The position numbers and the translations under genes were made by a program. Below the pieces are notes generated by a model. The model ran no database searches. It was not told the DNA's origin and saw only the letters and a program-made list of their open reading frames with translations. A stretch of 64,000 bases of DNA from contig CAWIYV010000010.1 in NCBI GenBank assembly GCA_963840455.1, forward strand, positions 288,001 through 352,000, read 5' to 3'. How positions within the stretch are numbered: position 1 is the stretch's first letter; every line of letters begins with the position of its first letter. Source of the stretch: Nitrospirota bacterium (GTDB lineage Bacteria > Nitrospirota > UBA9217). Of this stretch, positions 56,860 through 64,000 are shown piece by piece.

Positions 56860-56959
56860 GATGTCATGATGTACGGCGTTGCTGCGAACTAACGTTGCAT
56901 TATTTCACAATGCATCGGGGATTTCAAGTTGTTTTGAACGCACGAAGAGGGATATTCGG

Positions 56960-57604
56960 TTACCAGACCGTGTGCAGCAGCTCTTGAAAGGACCGCTGCC
57001 ACGACCCTGACAACGCGGGCAGGGAGAGGACCTTCATGATGCCTTCGCGGTTCTTTCTGTCGCGGTGAAAGATAGTATTGGCAAAGGTAATTGAGACCGC
57101 CCTGAGGTCACGCTCCACCACCATAACAACATCACCGGCCCTCACCTCGCCCTCACGAAGCACCCGGAAGTAGCACCCTGTCCTGCCAGAATCCACCACG
57201 AGTTTCACCAGGTCTTCCCTCCCGTACCGCGCAGCAAGCGTCCCGCAGGGCTGGCGCGGCTGGCTTACCTGAACTTCCGCCGTGCCGATGCGATAGATGT
57301 CGCCGATGCAGACATCGTCCTCATGCATACCCGCGACCGACAGGTTCTCACCGAATGCCGCGGCCGGCATCGTGATGCCGAGCTTTGATTCCCAGTAAGG
57401 ATAGTGATCGAGGCTATAAACGCAGACCGCCTTGTCGTTCCCGCCGTGGTGCGTCCGGTCCCCCACGCCGTCGCCTTCGAATCCCTGTTTTGAAAGGAAG
57501 ACCGCTCCGGCAACGGGTTGTTTGCAGATCCCCGTCACGAGCTCCTTCTTGCCGAAGGTCTCCCGTTTGGGCGGGCCGATATTAAGGGCTTTGACGATCA
57601 TCAT
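56960..57604 (-). CDS. MOSC domain protein (YiiM-like, with 3-alpha tail)
   Basis: GD..GD..HHGG.DKAV, FGENL, SQPRQPC and GCYFRVL motifs. Confidence 0.92.
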   Translation of the reverse strand: MMIVKALNIGPPKRETFGKKELVTGICKQPVAGAVFLSKQGFEGDGVGDRTHHGGNDKAVCVYSLDHYPYWESKLGITMPAAAFGENLSVAGMHEDDVCIGDIYRIGTAEVQVSQPRQPCGTLAARYGREDLVKLVVDSGRTGCYFRVLREGEVRAGDVVMVVERDLRAVSITFANTIFHRDRKNREGIMKVLSLPALSGSWQRSFQELLHTVW

Positions 57605-57647
57605 CGCGTGTCCTTTCGAAACGGTCCGTCAGGAGGGTCTCGCGCCG

Positions 57648-57878
57648 CTACCGGCGATAGACCTTGCTCTGAACGACCGCAAGGATATAATCGTATCCCT
57701 CTTCCGTATGCGGGATGACGCAGTTGGAACAGTCCTTGATGCCGTTCTTCAGAACGAACGTGCCGTCGCAATCGAGCAGATAGAGCGGGCACCAGCAGAA
57801 AAGGCAGGACCTCCATTCGTTGAGGTCGTGACAGGGATAGAAGGCGCAGTCCTGGTGGGTAAAGAACTTGTAGTTCAT
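57648..57878 (-). CDS. Cysteine-rich small domain (zf-like) protein, 76 aa
   Basis: CAFYPCH, CLFCWCPLY, DC and KDCSNC.IPH motifs; GGAGGAG RBS; directly below a B12 riboswitch. Confidence 0.88.
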   Translation of the reverse strand: MNYKFFTHQDCAFYPCHDLNEWRSCLFCWCPLYLLDCDGTFVLKNGIKDCSNCVIPHTEEGYDYILAVVQSKVYRR

Positions 57879-57911
57879 GTCGTAACTCCTCCCTCGGGAT
57901 GTGTGGCTGTT

Positions 57912-58060
57912 CCAGGATAGGTCTTCCGGCTCCGGGCTCCATCCTACTCGCCCGCCTTCCCGTCCTGCTGTGGCGCAGGACAGTGGCTTGTTCGGGCTTT
58001 CGTTCCCTTTACGGCTGCGGGGCAGCGGGAGATTCTCACTCCTCTTCCCTGGCTTCCTGG
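57912..58060 (-). ncRNA. Cobalamin (B12) riboswitch
   Basis: In order on the - strand: AGGGAA, GAGTGAGAATCTC T-loop stem, GCTGCCCCGCAGCCGTAA, GCCACTG-stem-GGGAAGG, B12 box AGCCGGAAGACCT; closed by CCAGGA/TCCTGG pairing. Confidence 0.9.
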
Positions 58061-58233
58061 TCTTTACTTATTGTCTATAAAAGCGTTGCTCGCGCCCTGA
58101 ACCTCCTTACGTGAGACGTTCGGCTTCAGATCCGGCTTCGGCTCCTTAAATATCCGTGCTCAGACCCTTCCACCGTGGCAAAATGCTTTCATTGTTTTCT
58201 CGTCTCTGTCGCTGGCCCTTGTTCGCAGATAAT

Positions 58234-59202
58234 CTACCACGCCTGCCCCAGAAATTCAATCGTCCGGTTCTCCGACCAGTAGCTCCCATCGCTGTTAAAC
58301 TGTATGAAGCCCACGTGCCCGCCCGATGCCGGCATTTCAAGGTGGACGTACCTGCTGTTCTCTGCCTGGGCGATGGGATAACACCCGTCGGCGAGGAACG
58401 GATCGTCCAGGGCGTTCACGATCAGTGTCGGGATGGTGATCGATGAAAGGAACCTGCCGCTGCTGCACTGGAACCAGTAGTCCTCAGCGTCCTTGAATCC
58501 GTTGATCGGCGCAGTATACCGGTCATCAAAACCTTTAAAGTCCTTGATGCGGCCATACCCGTCGTCATTGATGACGCCCGGCATCTGCTCCATCTTCAGC
58601 TTGATCTTTTCATGGAGCGAGACCAGGAATTGCTTCATATATATATAATTCCTCGCCTTGGCCAGTTCCAGGGCGCCTGCCTTCAGATCACAAGGTACGG
58701 AAAAGGCAACGGCATTCTGTATCCGCGGGTCCAATGAGCTTCCCTTGCTGCCCAGGTACATCAGGGTCAGGTTCCCGCCGAGGCTGAAGCCGATCATGGC
58801 GGCCCTGTCGTAGGCGCCGTTCTTCAGGCCTTGTTGGACCACGCAATCCAGATCATCGATGCAGCCGTTGTGATACATCCGCAGCCTGCGGTTGATCTCT
58901 CCTGAACAGGCGCGGTAGTTCCAGGCAAGCACATCCCAGCCTTGCCGATTCAGCATCCGCGCCATGCCGACCATGTAGGCACGATGGGTATTGCCCTCGA
59001 GTCCGTGGGAAAGGATGGTGAGTTTCCGGCTCCCTATTCTCGACCAGTCGAGGTCCAAGAAGTCATCGTCGGGCGTAAAGATCCGCTCCCGCTGGTAGAC
59101 AACGCCGTTGACCTTGCGTGCCATCGTTGGATAAAGGGTCTGGAGGTGACCGTTGTTGAACAGGAACGGCGCGCGGTAGGAGGAACCGTGAATTATTGGC
59201 AT
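58234..59202 (-). CDS. YheT-family alpha/beta hydrolase
   Basis: NGHLQT, HGLEG, GFSLGG, NALDDPF and GGHVGF motifs; start MPIIHG. Confidence 0.92.
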   Translation of the reverse strand: MPIIHGSSYRAPFLFNNGHLQTLYPTMARKVNGVVYQRERIFTPDDDFLDLDWSRIGSRKLTILSHGLEGNTHRAYMVGMARMLNRQGWDVLAWNYRACSGEINRRLRMYHNGCIDDLDCVVQQGLKNGAYDRAAMIGFSLGGNLTLMYLGSKGSSLDPRIQNAVAFSVPCDLKAGALELAKARNYIYMKQFLVSLHEKIKLKMEQMPGVINDDGYGRIKDFKGFDDRYTAPINGFKDAEDYWFQCSSGRFLSSITIPTLIVNALDDPFLADGCYPIAQAENSRYVHLEMPASGGHVGFIQFNSDGSYWSENRTIEFLGQAW

Positions 59203-59244
59203 GCGGCATGACGCGGGAGTGCGGGCCGGGCCACTCCGCCGCAA

Positions 59245-60057
59245 CTAGCTATATTCATCATGTTCCTCTCCAAAGACCGCGTGGATGATCTCCCACGCCG
59301 TCTCCTCGACGGACTTGTTCGTCGTATCCACGACCGTCCAGCTCCGGTGCTTCCGGGCGAGGTCCCAGACGTATTCCACCTCGGCGAAGACGTTCTTCAG
59401 GTCGCTGTAGCTCGGCCGGAGGCCGGAGTTCTTCTGGCGCACCTTCCGGATCTTCTGGAGCACATCGGGGTCGATGTTGAGGCAGACGATCTTGTGCTGG
59501 TCGATCTCGAAGAGCTCTTCGGGCAGGGCGATGCCCGGAACGATCGGGACGTTCGCGACCTTGTAGCCTTCCTGGGCCAGATAGAACGAGGTCGGCGTCT
59601 TGGATGTGCGCGAGAGCCCGACCAGCACGATGTCCGCCTCGTGAAGGCGCTCGGCGCCCCTGCCGTCGTCATGCCCCAGCGTGTACTCGACCGCGTCGAT
59701 GCGCTTGAAATACCGCTCATCGACCCGCCGGAGCAGGCTCGGCGTCTCGAGCGGCTCCTGCTTCAGGTAAGCGGCAAGATTGAAGATCAGCGGTCCCAGG
59801 ATATCGTGATGCAGGATGTCGTGCTTCATGCAGTACATGCTGGCGTAATCGCGCATCTCCTTCTTGACGAACGTGAAGGCGATGAGCGCCTTGGCCGCCT
59901 TGGCCTGGTCGAGGACCTTCTTGAGGTTCGCCGTTGAATCGAGGTCGTGGAACAGCATCATCTTGGTGCGGGATCGCTGGAACTGCACGATGGCGGCGCG
60001 GACGATGTGCAGGCCGCTCTGGCCGGTAGCGTCGGAAAGTATGTAGATCTTCTTCAT
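59245..60057 (-). CDS. PEP synthase/PPDK regulatory kinase-pyrophosphorylase (DUF299)
   Basis: LSDATG, YFKRIDAVEY..HDDG, GLSRTSKTP, ANVP and SVEETA motifs. Confidence 0.92.
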   Translation of the reverse strand: MKKIYILSDATGQSGLHIVRAAIVQFQRSRTKMMLFHDLDSTANLKKVLDQAKAAKALIAFTFVKKEMRDYASMYCMKHDILHHDILGPLIFNLAAYLKQEPLETPSLLRRVDERYFKRIDAVEYTLGHDDGRGAERLHEADIVLVGLSRTSKTPTSFYLAQEGYKVANVPIVPGIALPEELFEIDQHKIVCLNIDPDVLQKIRKVRQKNSGLRPSYSDLKNVFAEVEYVWDLARKHRSWTVVDTTNKSVEETAWEIIHAVFGEEHDEYS

Positions 60058-60106
60058 GGCTGTCCTTTTTTGCGGGAGCGGAAAAGCCCGATGGCGATGC
60101 GCCGGG

Positions 60107-62584
60107 CTATGTCCGCGTCACCGGCTCCACCTTCCAGATCTTCTCCGCATACTCCTTGATGCTCCGGTCACTCGAGAACTTGCCCATGCCGGCAATGTTC
60201 AGGATGGCGCGGCGCGTCCACGCCTCCTGGTCGCGGTAGAGAGCGTCCACCTGATCCTGGGCTGCGATATACGATCCGTAGTCGGCCAGCAGCAGGAAGT
60301 GATCGCCCCCGCCGGTGAGACTGTCGAAGAGGGGACGGAACCGGTGCGGGTCGTCGGGCGAGAAGAAGCCCAATGCGATCATATCCAGCGTCTTCCGCAG
60401 CTCGTCATTCGAGTTGTAGTAGTGCCAGGGATCGTACCCCTCCTGCCGGATCTCGGCAACCCCGTCCGCGGTGAGACCGAAGATGAAGATGTTCTCCGGC
60501 CCGACCTCTTCCTGCATCTCGATGTTCGCGCCGTCGAGGGTGCCGATGGTGAGGGCGCCGTTCAGGGCGAACTTCATGTTGCCCGTGCCCGAGGCCTCGG
60601 TGCCGGCAGTCGAGATCTGCTCCGACAGGTCGCAGGCGGGGATGATCTTCTCGGCGTTCGAGACGTTGTAGTTCGGCAGGAACACGAGCTTCAACAGGCC
60701 GCCCACCGCGGGGTCGTGGTTCACCACATCGGCGACGCCGTGGATGAGCCTGATGATCAGCTTGGCCATGAAATAGCCAGGGGCGGCCTTGCCGCCGATG
60801 ATGACCGTGCGCGGGACGATGTCCTTCGCCCTGTCTTCGCGGATGCGGTTGTAGCGGGTGATCACGTGCAGGACGTTCAGGAGCTGTCGCTTGTACTCGT
60901 GGATGCGCTTGGCCTGGACGTCGAACAGCGAGTCCGGGTCCACCCGGGTCCGCGTCCGGGCCTCGATGCTCTCGGCCAGCCGCATCTTGTTCTCCCGCTT
61001 CACGGCGCGGAACTCCTGCCGGAATTCGGCGTCATCCGCCAGGGGCCTGAGGCTCGCGAGGCACGCGAGGTCCTTGAGCCAGCATTCACCGAGCCGCGAG
61101 CTAATGAGCTTTGACAGCCCGGGGTTCGCCTGGTGAAGCCAGCGCCGCGGGGTGATGCCGTTCGTCACGTTGATGATCTTGCCGGGGGTGAGCCGGTCGA
61201 AGTCGGCAAAGATCGTCTCCTTCATCAGCTCGGTATGGATGCGGGACACGCCGTTCACCGTGTGGCTGCCCACAATGGCAAGGTGCGCCATCCGTACGCT
61301 CCGTCCCGCATTCTCGTCGATCAGCGAGACCCGCTCAATGAGCCCGGCGTCTCCGGGGTAGCGGTGCCTGACGTCATCGAGGAACCGCTGGTTGATCTCA
61401 TAGATGATCTGGAGATGGCGCGGCAGGATCTCCCCGAACAGGCTGACGGGCCAGGTCTCGAGGGCCTCGGGCATGAGCGTGTGGTTGGTGTACGAGAACG
61501 TCCGGCGCGTGATGTCCCAGGCGCGGTCCCATTCGACGTGGTACACGTCCACGAGGATGCGCATGAGCTCGGGTATGGCGATGGAGGGATGGGTATCGTT
61601 CAGCTGAATGGCGACCTCGCCGGGCAGGTCATCGAGGTCCGCGTGGTACTTGGTAAACCGCCGCAGGATGTCCTGGAGCGTGGCGCAGACGAAGAAGTAC
61701 TGCTGCTTGAGCCGGAGCTCCCTTCCCATGATGGTCGTATCGTCGGGGTACAGGACCTTCGACAGGTTCTCTGATTCGTTCTTTTCCGCGACGGCCTGGA
61801 TGTAGTTGCCCTCGTTGAAGTACTTGAGATTGAAGTCGCGGGACGCCTTGGCCGACCAGAGCCGCATGTTGTTCACGGTGTCCGTTCCATAACCGGGCAC
61901 CGGGGTGTCAAAGGCCATGGCCATAACATCCTCGGTGTCCACCCAGTGGTGCCGGAGGCTGCCCTTTTCGTCCGTGTACTCAACGACGCGGCCGCAGAAC
62001 TTTACGGGGTACAGCACCTCGGGCCGGGGGAACTCCCACGGGTTCCCGTACCGAAGCCAGTTGTCGGGGTGCTCCACCTGGGCTCCCTTATCGATGCGCT
62101 GCGTGAACATGCCGTACTCGTACCGGATGCCGTAGCCGTAGCCGGGGAGGTTCAAGGTGGCCATGGAGTCGAGGAAGCAGGCGGCAAGCCTGCCGAGGCC
62201 GCCGTTCCCGAGCGCCGCGTCGCTCTCAAGCTCGCTGATCCGGTGGATGTCCAGGTCCAGGTCAGCAAGAGCGTCGCAGCAGGCGTCGTAGATCCCGAGG
62301 TTCAGCAGGCTGTTCGCGAGCAGCCTCCCGGTCAGGAACTCGAGGGAAAGGTAGTAGACCCGCTTGGCATCGGCCCGGTAGTAGCTCCGCATGGTCTCCA
62401 TCCAGCGCTCGATCAGCCGCTCGCGCACGGCCAGGGCCGTGGTGTGGAACCAGTCGCGGTGCGTAGCGGTGATGTGGTCCTTGCCCAGGGAGTAGATGAG
62501 GAGATTGACCAGGGACTTCTTGAGGGACTCCCTGTCCAGCCCGTGGTGATGATACCGGTATTCGCTCAGGTCCTGTGGCTTCAT
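60107..62584 (-). CDS. glgP: Glycogen/alpha-glucan phosphorylase
   Basis: LGNGGLGRLAACF, QLNDTHP, KRIHEYKRQ and PLP site EASGTGNMKF. Confidence 0.97.
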   Translation of the reverse strand: MKPQDLSEYRYHHHGLDRESLKKSLVNLLIYSLGKDHITATHRDWFHTTALAVRERLIERWMETMRSYYRADAKRVYYLSLEFLTGRLLANSLLNLGIYDACCDALADLDLDIHRISELESDAALGNGGLGRLAACFLDSMATLNLPGYGYGIRYEYGMFTQRIDKGAQVEHPDNWLRYGNPWEFPRPEVLYPVKFCGRVVEYTDEKGSLRHHWVDTEDVMAMAFDTPVPGYGTDTVNNMRLWSAKASRDFNLKYFNEGNYIQAVAEKNESENLSKVLYPDDTTIMGRELRLKQQYFFVCATLQDILRRFTKYHADLDDLPGEVAIQLNDTHPSIAIPELMRILVDVYHVEWDRAWDITRRTFSYTNHTLMPEALETWPVSLFGEILPRHLQIIYEINQRFLDDVRHRYPGDAGLIERVSLIDENAGRSVRMAHLAIVGSHTVNGVSRIHTELMKETIFADFDRLTPGKIINVTNGITPRRWLHQANPGLSKLISSRLGECWLKDLACLASLRPLADDAEFRQEFRAVKRENKMRLAESIEARTRTRVDPDSLFDVQAKRIHEYKRQLLNVLHVITRYNRIREDRAKDIVPRTVIIGGKAAPGYFMAKLIIRLIHGVADVVNHDPAVGGLLKLVFLPNYNVSNAEKIIPACDLSEQISTAGTEASGTGNMKFALNGALTIGTLDGANIEMQEEVGPENIFIFGLTADGVAEIRQEGYDPWHYYNSNDELRKTLDMIALGFFSPDDPHRFRPLFDSLTGGGDHFLLLADYGSYIAAQDQVDALYRDQEAWTRRAILNIAGMGKFSSDRSIKEYAEKIWKVEPVTRT

Positions 62585-62691
62585 GCGCTCCTCCTTGAGG
62601 AGTTGCAGGTCGTCGTGCAGACGCTACACCTGGATTATTTCATAAAGACCGCGGGTCCGCAAGGTGATAATCGAGAAAATCCGGGGTGATC

Positions 62692-63717
62692 TCAGATTGT
62701 GACGATGATCTTGCCAAAGATCTGGCGGGACAGGAGCTTCTCGTAGGCCTTGGATGCGTCCTCGAAAGCGAATACCGAGTCGATGACGGTCCTGAGCTTG
62801 CGAGGGAAGAGCGGCAGGTACTGGGGGACCGCTGCCTTGGGTCCCACGTACACGCCGTGGATGGCGAGATTCTTGCCGAACACCTGCCGGAGAGAGAGCT
62901 TCGCCTCGTCACCGCTGGTGGCGCCGAAGGTTATGACGCGGCCGCCGCGCTTCACCGCTGCGATCGAGCGGGTAAAGGTGTCTGCGCCCACATGATCAAC
63001 GGCGATATCTGCGAGCCTCCCGCCGGTGAATTGCTTCACGACTTCGATAAAGTCCTCTTTCCGGTGGTTGATGACAAGGTCCGCGCCGAGCGCCTTCGCC
63101 TTTTCGACCTTCCAGTCGTCGCCCACCGTCGTGATCACCGCCGCATTGAAGAGCTTTGCCACCTGGATGCATGCCGTGCCGGCGCCGCTTCCCGCCCCCT
63201 GCACCAGGACCGTGTCGCCCTGCCGGATGCCGGCGCGAAGGACCAGCGAGTTCCACGCCGTCGTATAAGTGACGCCGATACCGGCGGCCTCTTCGAAGGA
63301 GAGCCCCGCTGGCTTGGGGAAGAGGTTCCCTGACGGGACCTTGACGTACTCGGCAGACACGCCAGGCGTTACCACGCCGAGGACCGAGAACTCATTGCAT
63401 TCATTATCTCGGCCGCTGAGGCACGACCCGCAATGGCCGCAGGAGAGGCCCGGGTGCACGATGACCTCGTCACCTGGCTTAACGTGGGTCACCAGCCTGC
63501 CGACCTTCTCAACGACGCCGGATGCGTCGGACCCGAAGATATGCGGGAGCGGGATGGCCAACGGATACTTCCCCTCCATGACCCAGACATCGAGATGATT
63601 GAGCGAGAAGGCCCTTACCCGGACGAGAACCTCGGTGTCGTTGATCTCCGGCACGGGGAACTCGCCGATCTTGATGCTGTTGTGGCCTTTCTGTTCGTTA
63701 TAAAAGAGTGCTTTCAT
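62692..63717 (-). CDS. Zinc-binding MDR-family dehydrogenase/quinone oxidoreductase
   Basis: NHLD, GSDASG, structural Zn CGHCGSC..C and GAGSGAG motifs. Confidence 0.9.
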   Translation of the reverse strand: MKALFYNEQKGHNSIKIGEFPVPEINDTEVLVRVRAFSLNHLDVWVMEGKYPLAIPLPHIFGSDASGVVEKVGRLVTHVKPGDEVIVHPGLSCGHCGSCLSGRDNECNEFSVLGVVTPGVSAEYVKVPSGNLFPKPAGLSFEEAAGIGVTYTTAWNSLVLRAGIRQGDTVLVQGAGSGAGTACIQVAKLFNAAVITTVGDDWKVEKAKALGADLVINHRKEDFIEVVKQFTGGRLADIAVDHVGADTFTRSIAAVKRGGRVITFGATSGDEAKLSLRQVFGKNLAIHGVYVGPKAAVPQYLPLFPRKLRTVIDSVFAFEDASKAYEKLLSRQIFGKIIVTI

Positions 63718-63731
63718 GGCTGCCGCACCTC

Positions 63732-64000
63732 CTATACTTCCATGATGACCGGCAGGATCATGGGCCTGCGGTCCAGGCGCTTGTTGATGAACTTCTTGAG
63801 ACTGCTCCTCACGCGCGCGGAGACGAGCGACCAGTCGCCCTTGGCCTCGGGGATCATCACGAGGAGCGTGTCCATGACGACGTCCTTCACTTCGGCAAGG
63901 AGCTCCTGCGACGCGTCCTCGAACAGGAACCCCCGGGAAACGATGTCCGGGCCCGAGACCACCCTGCCCGTTGCCTGCTCGATGGCAAGGATCACGATGA
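63732..64000 (-). CDS. rnj: Ribonuclease J, C-terminal part (start outside the window)
   Basis: GPDIVSRGF...RRPMILPVIMEV, the typical RNase J C-terminus. Confidence 0.9.
   Translation of the reverse strand, partial: IVILAIEQATGRVVSGPDIVSRGFLFEDASQELLAEVKDVVMDTLLVMIPEAKGDWSLVSARVRSSLKKFINKRLDRRPMILPVIMEV

Overview
GC-rich window from an anaerobic bacterium. A Nitrospirota/Thermodesulfovibrionia- or Desulfobacterota-like origin is inferred from gene content, not shown. Nearly all genes are on the - strand. (1) 1-24.6 kb is a Wood-Ljungdahl supercluster: cooC, 5-formyl-THF cyclo-ligase, folE, hdrCBA-mvhD-metV-metF, panB, thyX, cooC, a PanG-like reductase, acsE-acsD-acsC-acsB and a NuoE/NuoF-like plus formate dehydrogenase module. 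It carries three UGA-recoded selenoproteins that the ORF track splits: FdhA, MvhD and an apparently exported UPYC glutaredoxin. No cooS/acsA is in the window. (2) 25.9-28.8 kb holds two different IS1202-family elements stacked in one target, with three copies of a 16-bp duplication, just upstream of the rlmN promoter. (3) 30.5-52.2 kb is a Geobacter Che5-like chemosensory cluster. Between its two cheW genes lies a cassette encoding a porin-cytochrome conduit (OmcB-like lipoprotein, decaheme cytochrome, MtrB/PioB-like barrel), an orphan solute-binding protein and two MCPs; this is the best candidate for an undescribed system. (4) 52.4-64 kb is housekeeping (yajQ, lolA, ftsK, uppP, glgP, rnj) plus a cobalamin riboswitch ahead of a Cys-rich small protein and a MOSC gene. 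Many intergenic gaps contain short-period inverted-repeat elements or IS200/IS605-like miniature elements. All family assignments come from reading motifs; no database searches were run.
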